Shown: positions 1 to 10,922 of the stretch, in pieces
Position numbering within the stretch: position 1 is the stretch's first letter
Layout of the letters: the number at the start of each line of letters is the position of its first letter
Notes under the pieces: model-generated
What the model was told of the DNA's origin: nothing
Database searches by the model: none
Seen by the model: the letters and a program-made list of their open reading frames with translations, nothing else
Made by a program: the position numbers and the translations under genes
Assembly (NCBI GenBank): GCA_965197965.1
Contig: OZ240235.1
Span: forward strand, 996,666-1,060,665
Origin: Dehalococcoidia bacterium
GTDB taxonomy: Bacteria > Chloroflexota > Dehalococcoidia > Lucifugimonadales > QGNO01
Length of the DNA: 64,000 bases
Direction: 5' to 3'

Positions 1-131
1 AGGTGCGCATATTCCAAGATTGCGGCCACTGGCCGCAAATGGAACGGTCGGATGCCTTCAATCAAGCCGTTCTGGCTTTTCTAGACCGCGTCTATAGCCC
101 TGATAGGGAGTCTGCCATAAGTGACTCCTGA
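1..131 (+). CDS. 3' end of an alpha/beta-fold hydrolase gene (5' part outside window)
   Basis: Frame 3 reads [42 protein letters not shown] with TGA at 129-131. GHWPQxE...FN..L..FL resembles the catalytic-His C-terminal segment of alpha/beta hydrolases. Confidence 0.5.
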   Translation, partial: VRIFQDCGHWPQMERSDAFNQAVLAFLDRVYSPDRESAISDS

Positions 132-714
132 AGTGGATAAAACACCCCCGGTATGGATGCGATTGTCCGCTGTCGCGGGACCTTGGATGAGCGTCATGAT
201 GCTGGCGCTCAGCGTCGCCATAGTCATAGTGGCGTTTCTCCTCAGCGACCGCATACCCGGCGTTGAATCTCTAGGGTATCCCGCCGTATTCCTCATCTCG
301 CTGTTCGGCAACGCCACGCTGATTGTTCCCGTGCCGGCCTTTGCGGTGGTCTGTACGGGTGGGACAATTCTCATTCCGTTTCTGGTGGGAATCCTTGGTG
401 GAACCGGCCAGGCATTGGGAGAAATGACGGGCTACATAGCCGGTTATGGGGGGCAGGGCTTTTTTCAAAAGGGCCGGTACTATCAACGGATCAACAGTTG
501 GGTGGAAAGACGGGGTTGGGTAGCCATAGTCCTCCTGGGGTTGATACCAAACCCCCTCTTCGACTTCGCGGGACTGGCGGCCGGCGCTCTGCGCATGCCT
601 GCCTGGAAGTTCCTCACCGCTGCCACCGTGGGAAAGACGATACGCTCGGTTATCATAGCTTACGGTTGTGCTTATGGAATAGACCTCTTGGGTATCCCCG
701 ATCCGGCCTCTTGA
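121..714 (+). CDS. DedA/VTT-domain (YqaA-like) integral membrane protein
   Basis: 197-aa ORF with several hydrophobic helices. [21 protein letters not shown] and [13 protein letters not shown] segments are typical of SNARE-associated/VTT family proteins. The start may be an internal ATG. Confidence 0.65.
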   Translation: MTPEVDKTPPVWMRLSAVAGPWMSVMMLALSVAIVIVAFLLSDRIPGVESLGYPAVFLISLFGNATLIVPVPAFAVVCTGGTILIPFLVGILGGTGQALGEMTGYIAGYGGQGFFQKGRYYQRINSWVERRGWVAIVLLGLIPNPLFDFAGLAAGALRMPAWKFLTAATVGKTIRSVIIAYGCAYGIDLLGIPDPAS

Positions 715-906
715 CGCTGTCAACCCTGTTTTTGACAGGGTAACAATGCCTTTGCTACACTTTGGCCGTAATTTTTATTGATTTTGTCCCGTATGCCTGC
801 GATTGGACTTGACGAGAGGCTTGCCGGAGAGATATCCCCCATCATTGCCCGGCGAAATCATTAAATCTTGTCGCTGGGAGAGAAGGGGTGGTAGAGGAGG
901 AATTAT

Positions 907-1953
907 TTGACTATTTCCAATCTGTTCCCTCGCCTCATTGGAATGGCACTGCTGGGATTGGGGGGATGGCCGCTTGGCGTCGCTGTCGGTAATGCCGTTG
1001 ACTTCGCCAGCTATGTTCCCCTGGGTCTCGCCGGCTCGCTGATTGGTGTCGTCGTTGGCGCTATTGCTACCCCGTACGTATTCAGGGCATTCATAGAAAG
1101 CACGGTCAACGCATCCCGGAACATCTCCACGGCCAGGTTCGCCGCAGCGTCAGTGGGACTTGTTGCCGGCCTGGTTATTGCCATATTGATCTCCCTGCCT
1201 TTCTCAAGAATACCCGGCTGGCCCGGCGTGTGGCTGCCCATTATCCTCAACCTGTTGTTCGCCACGGCAGGCGCGGCCATTGCGGTGAGCAGGGAGCGCG
1301 ATTTCCTCCTACTCTTCCCCCAAGCAGACAACTCTCAAGTTCACTCCGCGTCCTCCAACGGCAAGATAGTGCTGGACACCAGCGCCATCATAGACGGACG
1401 TATCGCGGACATCTCAGAGAGCGGCTTCATCAACGGAGCACTGGTGATACCCCGGTTTGTCCTGGACGAACTGCGGCACATTGCCGACTCCAGCGACTCG
1501 CTGCGTAGAAACAGAGGACGGCGAGGCTTGGAAATGCTCAACAAGCTGCGCAAGGAATCCTCCACACCCGTGCAAGTAACGGACGTTGACCACTGGAACG
1601 GTATGGAGGTCGATGCAAAGCTGGTCATGCTTGCAGAAAGTTTGAACGCCCCCATTGTAACCACCGACTTCAATCTGAACCGCGTCGCCGAAATTCAGGG
1701 AGTGAGCGTTCTCAACGTCAACGAGCTGGCCAACGCCCTCAAATCGGTGGTGCTACCGGGAGAGGAAATGGCCGTACACGTGATCCAGCAGGGCAAAGAG
1801 GCCGGTCAGGGAGTCGGCTTCTTGGATGACGGCACAATGGTAGTGGTAGAAGGCGGTAGAGTCTTCCTGGACAGCACCGTGGAGGTTTCCGTAACGAGAG
1901 TGCTGCAGACGGCGGCAGGCCGCCTCATCTTTGCCCAACCCAGAGCTCACTAG
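907..1953 (+). CDS. PIN/TRAM domain protein (YacL-like), N-terminal membrane anchor
   Basis: TTG start after GAGGAGGA. It has N-terminal TM helices, then a PIN-like segment (IVLDTSAIIDGRI ... TTDFNL), then a TRAM-like C-terminus. Position upstream of ispD-ispF matches the yacL-ispDF arrangement. Confidence 0.7.
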   Translation: MTISNLFPRLIGMALLGLGGWPLGVAVGNAVDFASYVPLGLAGSLIGVVVGAIATPYVFRAFIESTVNASRNISTARFAAASVGLVAGLVIAILISLPFSRIPGWPGVWLPIILNLLFATAGAAIAVSRERDFLLLFPQADNSQVHSASSNGKIVLDTSAIIDGRIADISESGFINGALVIPRFVLDELRHIADSSDSLRRNRGRRGLEMLNKLRKESSTPVQVTDVDHWNGMEVDAKLVMLAESLNAPIVTTDFNLNRVAEIQGVSVLNVNELANALKSVVLPGEEMAVHVIQQGKEAGQGVGFLDDGTMVVVEGGRVFLDSTVEVSVTRVLQTAAGRLIFAQPRAH

Positions 1954-1955
1954 GC

Positions 1956-2684
1956 ATGCCAGGGGACGAAAACAGCCCTGACTCCAACAACGCCTTGCTT
2001 CGCCGGACGGGAGCCGTGATTGTAGCTGCCGGGCAAAGCATGCGAATGGACGGCGTAGACAAGACCTTCATGGATATTCTAGGCGTGCCTTTGCTCGCCT
2101 ACTCCCTGGCTGCATTCGAAGCCGCACCATCTATAGAAAGCGTTGTGCTGGTGCTCCGTCCCTCCTCCATGGACTCGGGGAATGCCCTTGTTGAATCGCA
2201 CGGCTTCCGCAAGGTACGCAGCATTCAAGCCGGCGGCGAGCGGCGCCAGGATTCGGTGCGCAACGGCGTGGAATGCTTGGACAACCCTGAATGGGTGGTG
2301 GTGCATGACGGCGCGCGTCCCTGTATTGAACCGGACCTCATAGAGGGAGGAATAGATGAAGCAATCCAACGGGGGTCAGCCGTAGCCGCTGTGCCGGTAA
2401 CGGACACCATCAAGGTACGGCGCTGCGACGGACAGGTGGAGACCACCCTTGACCGCGACAGGTTATGGGCCGCTCAGACGCCCCAGATCTTCTCCCTACA
2501 GAGACTGCGTGACGCCTTCAAGCAGGTCAACGCCACCGTAACCGACGAAGCGGCGCTCATGGAGCAGGCCGGTTATCCGGTACATCTCTATTTCGGCTCC
2601 TATTCCAACATAAAGGTCACCACCAGGGAGGACGCGGCAATAGTCCAGGCCCTTTTGAAACAACGGCAGGACGTGGGAGTTTGA
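1956..2684 (+). CDS. ispD: 2-C-methyl-D-erythritol 4-phosphate cytidylyltransferase
   Basis: AVIVAAGQSMRMDG..DK, VVHDGARP and VPVTDTIK motifs. It overlaps ispF by 4 nt. Confidence 0.9.
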   Translation: MPGDENSPDSNNALLRRTGAVIVAAGQSMRMDGVDKTFMDILGVPLLAYSLAAFEAAPSIESVVLVLRPSSMDSGNALVESHGFRKVRSIQAGGERRQDSVRNGVECLDNPEWVVVHDGARPCIEPDLIEGGIDEAIQRGSAVAAVPVTDTIKVRRCDGQVETTLDRDRLWAAQTPQIFSLQRLRDAFKQVNATVTDEAALMEQAGYPVHLYFGSYSNIKVTTREDAAIVQALLKQRQDVGV

Positions 2685-3157
2685 GAACCGGCATAGGCTA
2701 TGACGCTCACCGCCTTGTTCCCCAGCGCCCGCTTGTTCTAGGAGGAGTCTCCATTCCCAGCAGCAAGGGGCTGGCCGGACACAGCGATGGGGACGTGTTG
2801 CTCCATGCCATCATAGACGCTCTGCTTGGCGCAGCCGCCCTGGGCGACATTGGCAAATACTTCCCGTCTGAAGACCCGCGCTACGCGGGCATAAGCAGCC
2901 TGGAGATGCTGTCCAAGGCAAACGACATTCTCAGAGAGGACGGTTGGCGTGTCTTGAACGTGGATGCTACAATCGTGGCTGAAAGCCCCAAGCTGGCGCC
3001 TTACTTCCAGGCTATGAGGCAATCAATTGCGTCCTGTTTGGGAGTAGAGCTGGCTAGAGTAAGTGTGAAGGCCACTACAACGGATGGCCTTGGCTTTACC
3101 GGAAGCAGCCAGGGCATTGCCTGCTACAGCGTGGCCTCCATTGAGCCAGAATCATGA
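2681..3157 (+). CDS. ispF: 2-C-methyl-D-erythritol 2,4-cyclodiphosphate synthase
   Basis: RTGIGYDAHRL ... GHSDGDVLLHAIIDALLGA signature, 158 aa. Confidence 0.92.
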   Translation: MRTGIGYDAHRLVPQRPLVLGGVSIPSSKGLAGHSDGDVLLHAIIDALLGAAALGDIGKYFPSEDPRYAGISSLEMLSKANDILREDGWRVLNVDATIVAESPKLAPYFQAMRQSIASCLGVELARVSVKATTTDGLGFTGSSQGIACYSVASIEPES

Positions 3158-4512
3158 ACCTGTACGACTCCCTTAGCGAGCAGAAAAAAGAGTTGACGCC
3201 CTCTGACGGAGCGTTGAAGATGTACGTTTGCGGCGTCACGCCGTACGCATCCACCCACGTTGGGCATGCCATGAGAGCCGTCATCTTCGATGTTTTGCGT
3301 CGCTACCTGGAGTACAGGGGATACCAAATCAAGCACGTGGAGAACTTCACCGACATCGATGACAAGATGATAGCGGGAGCGGCTGAGATGGGCATATCCG
3401 TTCAAGAGCTGGCGGAGCGAAACATTGCAGCCTACCTTGAAGAGATGGACGCCCTCAACGTTCAGCGTGCACACGTCTACCCCAGGGCCACGGAGGAGAT
3501 ATCCGGAATCCAGGAAATGATCAGCGGTCTCATAGAGAAAGGCATGGCATACGAGGCAAACGGCGACGTCTACTACCGGGTCAGGCTGAACAAGGAGTAC
3601 GGCAAACTCAGCCATCGCACTTTGGACACCATGAGGGTCGGCGCTAGGATTGAACCCGGCGAGCTCAAGCAAGACCCCATGGACTTTGCGCTATGGAAGG
3701 CTGAAAAGCCCGGCGAGCCGTCCTGGCAGAGCCCTTGGGGTAAAGGCAGACCGGGCTGGCACATAGAGTGCAGCGCCATGTCGCTGGCCTATCTTGGAGA
3801 GACCATAGACATACACGGAGGAGGCCGGGACCTGGTCTTCCCCCACCACGAAAACGAGATAGCCCAAACCGAGTCCTATACCAACGGTAAGCAAATGGCG
3901 CGGTTCTGGGTCCACAACGGCATGGTCAGAATGGGCCAGGACAAGATGAGCAAGTCTCTGGGGAACTTCATCACCATGGGGGAAGCCCTGGAACGTTTTT
4001 CCACGGACGCCTTGCGTCTCTTCTTCCTCTCTTCTCAATACCGAAGCCCTCTCACCTACAGCGATGAAAACATCCTGGCGCAAGAGCGCGCCGCGGAGCG
4101 TATGCGCGTCGCCCTCCTACCATCGCCAGCGGGTGGTCAGCCGCTGGACGTAACCTTGTACAAACAGCGTTTTGAAGAGGCCATGGACGACGATCTCAAC
4201 ACCTCCAGGGCCATAGCAGTTCTGTTCGACCTCTGTCGGGAGATCAACCGGGGACGCGACGAGGGCAAGAGCCTGGTTGAAGCACAACAGCTCTTGCGCA
4301 GGCTTGGTGAACTCCTTGGTCTCACGTTTGCCGCCCAAGAAGCCAAGGACGACGTGGTGGCGCATCCCTTCATAGACATGCTGGTGGAGGTGCGCACCCA
4401 GTTGAGGGAGGCCAAGCAGTTTGCCCTGGCTGACTCCATAAGGGATAGACTGGCCGAGCTGGGAGTTTCCCTGGAAGACTCGGCGGAAGGCACCCAATGG
4501 CGTGTGCGTTAG
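3154..4512 (+). CDS. cysS: cysteine--tRNA ligase
   Basis: Class I synthetase HIGH-type (STHVGHA) and KMSKS motifs. YVCGVTPY and WHIECSAM are characteristic of CysRS. Confidence 0.95.
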   Translation: MNLYDSLSEQKKELTPSDGALKMYVCGVTPYASTHVGHAMRAVIFDVLRRYLEYRGYQIKHVENFTDIDDKMIAGAAEMGISVQELAERNIAAYLEEMDALNVQRAHVYPRATEEISGIQEMISGLIEKGMAYEANGDVYYRVRLNKEYGKLSHRTLDTMRVGARIEPGELKQDPMDFALWKAEKPGEPSWQSPWGKGRPGWHIECSAMSLAYLGETIDIHGGGRDLVFPHHENEIAQTESYTNGKQMARFWVHNGMVRMGQDKMSKSLGNFITMGEALERFSTDALRLFFLSSQYRSPLTYSDENILAQERAAERMRVALLPSPAGGQPLDVTLYKQRFEEAMDDDLNTSRAIAVLFDLCREINRGRDEGKSLVEAQQLLRRLGELLGLTFAAQEAKDDVVAHPFIDMLVEVRTQLREAKQFALADSIRDRLAELGVSLEDSAEGTQWRVR

Positions 4513-4596
4513 CCGGACTCCTGACGAGCTGCGCTTTCAGCAAGGAAGCGCCAGTGTAGCCATCGCAATCTATCCCTTGCCTGATAACATGAGAAT

Positions 4597-5991
4597 ATGC
4601 CTCACGATGCAGTGAACTGTTTACGTCGCTCCCTTGGCAGCCAGTCGGTCTTCACCGATGAAAAGACCGTTGACTTCCACTCCGCCGATGCATTGAACCC
4701 CTCGCGGGCTTACCACACCGACCCTTCTGCATGGAGCGCGCCGCTGGGGGTGGTCTTCCCCCAATCCACCGATGAAGTGTCCGAAATAGTGCGGGTAGCG
4801 AACCGTTACGAAACGCCTATAGTCCCCTACGGAGGCGGCACCGGAGTTATGGGCGCAGCCGTACCTCCGGAAGGGGCCATTGTCATAGACATGCAGCATA
4901 TGAACAAGATTCGCACTGTCTCGGAAGAGGACAGGATAGCCTGGGCGGAAGCCGGTGTGGTCTTGGAGGACCTTGATGCCGTGCTGGCAAATCACCGTCT
5001 CATGCTTGGACACGACCCCTACAGCAAGGCCATAGCCACCGTTGGAGGGGCCATCTCCACCGACGGCGTCGGTTATCTTGCCGCCCGTTACGGGTCCATG
5101 GGTGCACAGGTGGCCGCGTTGGAAGTGGTCCTGCCCACAGGCGACGTGTTGACTACCAAGGCCGTGGCCAAACCGGCGTCCGGGCCGGACCTGAACGCAC
5201 TATTCATCGGCTCGGAAGGGACTCTGGGCATAATCACAGCAGCCGCTCTGCGCATCTTCCCGTTACCTGAGTGCCGTCGCTTCGCCACGGTCTCGTTCAA
5301 TACCTTCGACGATGGGTTTCACGCCGTGGCGGAGATGTTCTCCATTGGCCTGCGTCCCGCTCTGACCGATCTCACTGAGGAGCCGGGAGACAGCGTCTTT
5401 TTGTATCTCGTCTTCGAAGGGTACAAAGAGGAGGTGGATGCCCAGGAGACGCGTGCGCTACGCATCTGCAAGGAGCACAGGGGCAGTGACATCGGGCCGG
5501 ATGAGACGGTGGAGTACTGGAAATCACGACACAACAGCGGGGAGGTTTACAAGCAAGAGGTGCTTCCCCTACCACCCCGGGAAAGGTGGTCAAGATGGTG
5601 GGCCGACAGGGGCCACTGGGACTATCTGCACCTAGCCCTTCCCGTTTCTTCCGTTCTGGAGTTCCGCCGGAGAGTGGAAGCCATCAGCGGCCGGAACAAC
5701 GTAGCAGTTAGGGAGTACTCCGTTTGGACCGATCCCGGACTGTTCTCATTCATCATGACCGGGGCGCGCTTGGAAGGGCCCCCTGGGCAGGACAGTTTCG
5801 TGGAAACGGTGGACGAGGTGCTCCGCCTGGCGCAACAGATGGGCGGCGCCATGGAGTACTGCCACGGCGTTGGACTGAAGCTTTCCCACCTTGCACAGGA
5901 GGAATGGGGGAACAGGCTGGACACCGCCAGACGCATCAAGCGCGCCCTTGACCCTCACAATCTGATGAATCCTGGTAAACTGGGGCTCTGA
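4597..5991 (+). CDS. FAD-linked oxidase (GlcD / FAD-binding PCMH family)
   Basis: PYGGGTGVMG FAD-binding segment and a C-terminal HGVG...DP.N.MNPGK motif typical of FAD-linked oxidases. Confidence 0.8.
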   Translation: MPHDAVNCLRRSLGSQSVFTDEKTVDFHSADALNPSRAYHTDPSAWSAPLGVVFPQSTDEVSEIVRVANRYETPIVPYGGGTGVMGAAVPPEGAIVIDMQHMNKIRTVSEEDRIAWAEAGVVLEDLDAVLANHRLMLGHDPYSKAIATVGGAISTDGVGYLAARYGSMGAQVAALEVVLPTGDVLTTKAVAKPASGPDLNALFIGSEGTLGIITAAALRIFPLPECRRFATVSFNTFDDGFHAVAEMFSIGLRPALTDLTEEPGDSVFLYLVFEGYKEEVDAQETRALRICKEHRGSDIGPDETVEYWKSRHNSGEVYKQEVLPLPPRERWSRWWADRGHWDYLHLALPVSSVLEFRRRVEAISGRNNVAVREYSVWTDPGLFSFIMTGARLEGPPGQDSFVETVDEVLRLAQQMGGAMEYCHGVGLKLSHLAQEEWGNRLDTARRIKRALDPHNLMNPGKLGL

Positions 5992-6021
5992 ACCCAGATT
6001 TTGATAAAGGCGGCAAGCACG

Positions 6022-6579
6022 ATGCATCAAACGTTGGAACAAGGAACAGTAGTAGCCGTATGCCTCAGACCGGAAAGCGGCGTGCCCAAGTATCCGCAGC
6101 CTGAGATAGCGATCGGCACCCACGGCGTGGAAGGCGACTTCCACGCCGGGCCAATCAACAAACACAAGAAGACCGGCGACCCAGAGCCGAATACGCGCCA
6201 CGTTACAATAGTGGCCCAGGAAGCGCTGGAGGCGGTGAACGACCATCTGCAGGTGGAGCTGGGCTCCGGTTCCATTGGGGAGAACATACAGGTCACCGGC
6301 CTCGGCGATCTGTCCAACCTAAAGGCCGGTGATCTCCTAGAGCTGGGGGAGAACGCGGTGGTGCGGGTTACCGGCCAGAACGCCCCCTGCGCCACGCTCA
6401 ACGTGTATCACAAAGAGATCATAAAGGCATTCCTGGGACGCAGGGGCGTAGCCGCTACAGTGGTAAAGACCGGCGCACTGAAACCGGGAGACGCCGTCAG
6501 GGTAGCGTTGCCGTCGGCGTCCTACCGCTCGGGCAAGGTCTGCGCCGGGGCATCCTCCGCTGTGTGTAGTTCGTGGTAG
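6022..6579 (+). CDS. MOSC domain-containing protein
   Basis: The GVEGDFHAG ... GENI.V.GL ... [11 protein letters not shown] pattern matches a MOSC beta-barrel with conserved Cys. The ORF opens at 6001 (TTG); the ATG at 6022 is preferred. The 3' end overlaps the convergent gene by 58 nt. Confidence 0.65.
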   Translation: MHQTLEQGTVVAVCLRPESGVPKYPQPEIAIGTHGVEGDFHAGPINKHKKTGDPEPNTRHVTIVAQEALEAVNDHLQVELGSGSIGENIQVTGLGDLSNLKAGDLLELGENAVVRVTGQNAPCATLNVYHKEIIKAFLGRRGVAATVVKTGALKPGDAVRVALPSASYRSGKVCAGASSAVCSSW

Positions 6580-8204
6580 ATGGCGTAGAAGTCCTCGTGT
6601 TGTTCCGGTGGAATGCTGTCCAAGAGGATGTCTAGTATCTCTTCTTCGGTAGGTCTTCCGTCAACCTCTTGCGAATGGAGGTAAATCTCTCCCAAGGCTT
6701 TACCTAGAGAGTCTTCCCCCAAGACCTCCCAGAGGCGAAGCAGGAAGTAAGCGCCTAAGGAATAATGACATCCATGTAACCCGTCAAGTTCGTTCAGCTT
6801 CTGGATAGTACGTAAACCGAGGACGGAGCAGTCTCTCTCTACCTGTTCTTCGTATAGGGGTATCCGCTGGCTTTGAGTCTCCCTACCGACCTTGTATTCT
6901 ACGTACGGCCTCATGAAGGTCGCTGTCCCTTCTACCAACCAAAGAGGCAGATTTCCTCTGAAGAGATAGTGTCCGACCTCGTGCTGTACGTGTCCAATAC
7001 TTATGTTATCCCTCCTATCTGTGTAGTGGGGTGCGGTGAAGAAAGACCCGTAGTGAGCTGCCCTTATACCGTGGTCCTTATCAGGACCTGCTAGGGGAAT
7101 CACTAAGATAACGTCAGTAACAGGAAAGGGCACCTGGGTAAGCTCTTCTAGTTCCCGAACCGCATCCGTCATTGCTTCTATAACGTAGTCTCCACCCTGA
7201 GGAAAAGGGTCTGGTCTAATTGCCCAAAGGTTCACGTCTCCGGCGAGGGGCAGTGTGAGAACCGAGCGTCTCAAGACCAACGACTCCCTAATGTCATCAT
7301 GGAGTAGCCCGAATTGAGATACGTTTCTGCTCATTGCCAGAACGAAGAGACGCACCGCCTGCTCCTCTCTTTCAAAACCCTCCGTCTCCTCCAACAAGAT
7401 TCGAACAAGGGTAAGATCCTCAGAGGATAACTTCGCTAGTTGGTAGAGGAGATGCGCTTCGTTAACTGTTGACTCCTCTCCAATCGGAATATTGTCGAAG
7501 ACCTGCTCTACCAAAGCCCTATCTGTTTCTGCTGCCTTAGCCCAGAGCTCCGCAGTCCAGGCTTCCGTACCAGTCAACTCATCCTGCTGCCAAGCATAGC
7601 CTACGATTAAGGTTCCTGCTTTTGGAATGAGGTCTATGAGTTTCCTCAGTGCATGAATACCCATATTTTCAACTTCGGTAATTCCGTCTTGTACCCAGGG
7701 TAGGTCCACTATTTTAGTCGTCAATTCAGGATCAAGGCTATTGATGTGCAGCAACTGCCTTCTAGAGTTGGCGTGGAACTTGCCCACGTCCTCATCTTCA
7801 TACTCCTCTAGGGTTGTATCAAACCAAGGGAGAGCTGCTCGGAGATGTGCTTCTCCTAGTTCTTGTGGTGTCAGCGTCGGTGTTGGAGTCGGGCTAGGTA
7901 TTGGAGTAGCTGTAGGATATGGTGTTGGAGTCGGGCTAGGTATTGGAGTAGCTGTAGGATATGGTGTTGGAGTCGGACTGGGTGTTGGAGTAGCTGTAGG
8001 ATATGGTGTTGGAGTCGGACTGGGTGTTGAAGTAGCTGTAGGATATGATATCGCCGTAGGCGTCCCTGTTGGAATGGGGGTAGCAGTTAGGGTAGCTGTA
8101 GCACTAGGGGTGGGAGTAGGTGCAGCTGTTGGAGTACACGCAATGGCAAGAGCCGCTATTCCTAGCGGGGCGAGCTTGACCACGTGTGTGATACTCCTAT
8201 TCAC
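6522..8204 (-). CDS. Lipoprotein with Pro/Thr-rich repeat linker and C-terminal HEXXH (MA-clan, Peptidase_MA_2-like) domain
   Basis: Signal peptide plus lipobox (LAIAC). About 100 aa of [11 protein letters not shown] repeats. Near the C-terminus [22 protein letters not shown] gives HEXXH followed by a downstream Glu. Confidence 0.6.
   Translation of the reverse strand: MNRSITHVVKLAPLGIAALAIACTPTAAPTPTPSATATLTATPIPTGTPTAISYPTATSTPSPTPTPYPTATPTPSPTPTPYPTATPIPSPTPTPYPTATPIPSPTPTPTLTPQELGEAHLRAALPWFDTTLEEYEDEDVGKFHANSRRQLLHINSLDPELTTKIVDLPWVQDGITEVENMGIHALRKLIDLIPKAGTLIVGYAWQQDELTGTEAWTAELWAKAAETDRALVEQVFDNIPIGEESTVNEAHLLYQLAKLSSEDLTLVRILLEETEGFEREEQAVRLFVLAMSRNVSQFGLLHDDIRESLVLRRSVLTLPLAGDVNLWAIRPDPFPQGGDYVIEAMTDAVRELEELTQVPFPVTDVILVIPLAGPDKDHGIRAAHYGSFFTAPHYTDRRDNISIGHVQHEVGHYLFRGNLPLWLVEGTATFMRPYVEYKVGRETQSQRIPLYEEQVERDCSVLGLRTIQKLNELDGLHGCHYSLGAYFLLRLWEVLGEDSLGKALGEIYLHSQEVDGRPTEEEILDILLDSIPPEQHEDFYAIYHELHTAEDAPAQTLPER
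7879..8046. repeat. Four tandem copies of a 42-bp unit inside the lipoprotein gene
   Basis: The unit ggtgttggagtcgggctaggtattggagtagctgtaggatat occurs at 7879, 7921, 7963 and 8005, with a few substitutions. It encodes PYPTATP(I/T)PSPTPT on the minus strand. Confidence 0.9.
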
Positions 8205-8487
8205 TAGTGTAGTCGCTCTCTGTTTCCGTCTCTGCCTCAGTTTCCGTTTCGGTTTCTGGAATGGGAACTTCTTCCAAGTTAGCGTGCCACTCAGTCAGTC
8301 TCCGTTGAGCTTCTTCCTCATCGTAGTGCAGAGTCCTGCTAGCTATAATATCGTATAGTAGATGCCCAACCTGTTTCTCGTCGTTTATGAGGTGATGGTT
8401 ACCCCGTTCGCCAGGGATGTCTACTCGATAGGGAACGAGGGCCCGGCATGGCTCCCTAGATCCGTTCCCAGGGCCTCCAGACGCCAA
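8197..8487 (-). CDS. Hypothetical protein with acidic ETETE tail (uncertain gene)
   Basis: 96-aa ORF filling the secG-lipoprotein gap. The annotated ATG lies inside secG, so the true start is unclear. No recognisable motif. Confidence 0.25.
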   Translation of the reverse strand: MASGGPGNGSREPCRALVPYRVDIPGERGNHHLINDEKQVGHLLYDIIASRTLHYDEEEAQRRLTEWHANLEEVPIPETETETEAETETESDYTSE

Positions 8488-8683
8488 TGAGCGACAGCAC
8501 TACGAAGAGAACCCCAAGCACAATGGTGAAACGGAACAGGGTCTGCTCTACACCGCGGCGGGTGCGAAACGTACCCTCGGCAGCGCCAAACAGACCTGTG
8601 CCGCCGCCCCTGACCTGCGCCAGGACCACTACTATGAGGACAACGGAGAGGATTATTGCCGCGATACTTACATAAGTCTGCAT
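8456..8683 (-). CDS. secG: preprotein translocase subunit SecG
   Basis: 75 aa with two TM helices flanking a Gly-rich loop (VRGGGTGLFGAAEG), the typical SecG layout. Confidence 0.85.
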   Translation of the reverse strand: MQTYVSIAAIILSVVLIVVVLAQVRGGGTGLFGAAEGTFRTRRGVEQTLFRFTIVLGVLFVVLSLIGVWRPWERI

Positions 8684-8746
8684 TTGTTCTTGTTTCCTCT
8701 CATTAACTCTATCAGGGACGCTTCAGGTGTCAAGCTGGCATCAACG

Positions 8747-10255
8747 TCACCCTTTCTTCAAACTCTCCAGTTTCTGCCGCAGGACCTCATTGGCCAGCGC
8801 GGGGTTTGCCTGGCCCCTGGTTGCTTTCATCACTTGGCCCACCAGGAACTTGACCGCCGTCTCCTTGCCGCTCATGTAATCCTGGATTGCCTTGGGATTA
8901 TCGTCAATGGCTTGGTCTGCCACAGCCTGTATGGCGGAAGAATCGGAGATCTGCTCCAGCCCTCTCTCCCTCACAATATCCGCAGGCTCTTTTCCGGGCG
9001 ACTCGAACAAGGCGTCGAGCACCTCCGAGGCCATGTTGGTGCTCAGCCTACCCTCCTCCAGCATGGCGGCGACTTCAAAGAGGTGCCTGGCATCCAGCCT
9101 ATCGCCGCTTACCTCCTCGCCAACGCTGTTGAACAGTCGTGTAACATCGCCGAGGACTAGGTTGCACAAGACGTCGGCCCGCTTGCGCCTCGCTGTTTCA
9201 CCCATATCGCTTGCGTAGCTCATCGCAGAATCAAAATAGCTGCTGGCGGCGCTTGTACCCAGGGTGAGCTGACCGGCTTTGTACTCGCTCAGCCCCAGCT
9301 CATCGACATAGCGACGGAGTCTCGCATCCGGCAGCTCAGGCATCTTTGCCCTCACCTCGTCCACCCACTGACGGCTGATCTTCAAAGGCGTCAAGTCTGG
9401 CTCCGGGAAATAGCGGTAATCATGGGCATGCTCCTTAGAACGCTGCGATGCGGTGACCCCCCTATCTTCCAGCCAACCGCGCGTCTCCTGTTCAATCTGC
9501 CCTCCCTCTTCCAAGACCACAGCCTGGCGTTCCCATTCATACTGCAGGGCGCGGAACACGGAGCGAAAGCTGTTCATGTTCTTCACCTCTACCTTGGCGC
9601 CAAGCTCCGCACTGCCCTGGGGGCGGATGCTGATGTTGGCGTCGCAGCGGAAGCTGCCCTCCTCCATGTTGGCGGTGGACACACCGAGGTAACGCAGGAT
9701 GGTGCGCAGCTTCACCAGGTACTGCCGGGCCTCCTCCGGCGAGCGCAGGTCCGGTTCGCCCACTATCTCCATGAGGGGCACGCCGGCGCGGTTTACGTCC
9801 AACAGGCTGTAGGCCTCTCCCGTTTCGCCGGTGCGGTGGAACAGCTTGGCCACGTCTTCTTCCAGGTGGACGCGGTTGATGCGCACCTCCTTCTCGTAGC
9901 CGTCCACCGGGATGGACAGCCATCCGCCGCTGGCTATGGGCTGGTCGTACTGAGAGATCTGGTATCCCTTCATCAGGTCGGGATAGGGATAGTTCTTTCT
10001 ATCGAACTTGGTCTCCACCGCGATGCCGCAGTTCAGCGCTAGGCCGGTCATCATGACAAACTCCACGGCGCGTTTGTTTATCACGGGGAGGACACCGGGC
10101 ATGCCCAGGCAAACAGGGCATACCTCTGAGTTAGGCTCGGCGCCCTGATAACCGGCGCGGCAGGCGCAGAACATCTTGCTCTTGGTGAGGAGCTGAACGT
10201 GCACCTCGAGCCCAATTACCGCTTCGTATCCGGTCTCTATTGTGGTTGTCATCAT
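8747..10255 (-). CDS. gatB: Asp-tRNA(Asn)/Glu-tRNA(Gln) amidotransferase subunit B
   Basis: [14 protein letters not shown]-terminus, a GatB/YqeY C-terminal domain, and a full-length match in architecture. The ORF extends to a GTG at 10276; the ATG at 10255 is preferred. Confidence 0.93.
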   Translation of the reverse strand: MMTTTIETGYEAVIGLEVHVQLLTKSKMFCACRAGYQGAEPNSEVCPVCLGMPGVLPVINKRAVEFVMMTGLALNCGIAVETKFDRKNYPYPDLMKGYQISQYDQPIASGGWLSIPVDGYEKEVRINRVHLEEDVAKLFHRTGETGEAYSLLDVNRAGVPLMEIVGEPDLRSPEEARQYLVKLRTILRYLGVSTANMEEGSFRCDANISIRPQGSAELGAKVEVKNMNSFRSVFRALQYEWERQAVVLEEGGQIEQETRGWLEDRGVTASQRSKEHAHDYRYFPEPDLTPLKISRQWVDEVRAKMPELPDARLRRYVDELGLSEYKAGQLTLGTSAASSYFDSAMSYASDMGETARRKRADVLCNLVLGDVTRLFNSVGEEVSGDRLDARHLFEVAAMLEEGRLSTNMASEVLDALFESPGKEPADIVRERGLEQISDSSAIQAVADQAIDDNPKAIQDYMSGKETAVKFLVGQVMKATRGQANPALANEVLRQKLESLKKG

Positions 10256-10272
10256 GGTTGCGTGGGATGTTC

Positions 10273-10881
10273 TCACGAAATTATATCATCTCGTGTTGAG
10301 TACACCTTGAACCCGTCGCCGTGATCCTCAAAGAGCGCCTCACGGGGATAACGCATCACCTTAATAAGGATGACAACATCGCCCGCTGACCCGGAGACTC
10401 CCAAGATGTAGGCCACCAGCGCGGCGGCGTGGACAAGGCCGCCCACGGGCGCAAGAAGCAGTGCAGGCGGCAACAGGACCGTTAGGAGCACCGGCGGCGC
10501 AAGCGCCGCTACTGTGAACTTCGCCCTGCTCAGGTAGCAGCCAGGGGCTCCCACCCAGAAGACCGGTCCAAACTTGGTCCAGAGCTTGAATCCAAAGCGC
10601 GGACGTACGCCGTACGCTGAGAAGGCGATGGCGTGGGCCAGCTCATGCAGCGTGCCCCCAACCACTGTTCCTATGACAAGCCCGGCAATGAGAACATCCT
10701 GCTTTATGGTGAAGCTATCCGCGCCACCGAACACCAACTGGGCTACGGCCATGAGCTGGAGAGAAGCATAGGCCAGAATCACAAAGACTATGACCAGGAC
10801 AACCCAATCTCTTCCGGACAACCTGCTGGGAGTCCATGTGTCTATCTCGACGTAGCCCGGTGGCAGATTCCGCGTACTCAC
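10273..10881 (-). CDS. DUF3267-like membrane protein (putative zincin)
   Basis: Polytopic membrane protein with an HELAHAIAF motif. The GTG start at 10881 lies 8 nt after AGGAGG, which removes the overlap with pcm. Confidence 0.6.
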   Translation of the reverse strand: MSTRNLPPGYVEIDTWTPSRLSGRDWVVLVIVFVILAYASLQLMAVAQLVFGGADSFTIKQDVLIAGLVIGTVVGGTLHELAHAIAFSAYGVRPRFGFKLWTKFGPVFWVGAPGCYLSRAKFTVAALAPPVLLTVLLPPALLLAPVGGLVHAAALVAYILGVSGSAGDVVILIKVMRYPREALFEDHGDGFKVYSTRDDIIS

Positions 10882-10922
10882 CCTTCCAACCTCCTGTTCC
10901 GGGAACCCTTCGTAAGAGGCCC

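Noticed and set aside
729-746. Hairpin ccctgt-ttttg-acaggg after the DedA-like gene, considered as a terminator.
   Set aside because: The 6-bp stem has its T-run in the loop rather than after the stem, so it is not convincing as an intrinsic terminator.
7741-8358. 205-aa Gly/Val-rich ORF on the plus strand.
   Set aside because: It is the antisense reading of the PT-repeat region of the 6522-8204 gene. The low-complexity GVGVGLG sequence is a mirror of PTPTP codons.
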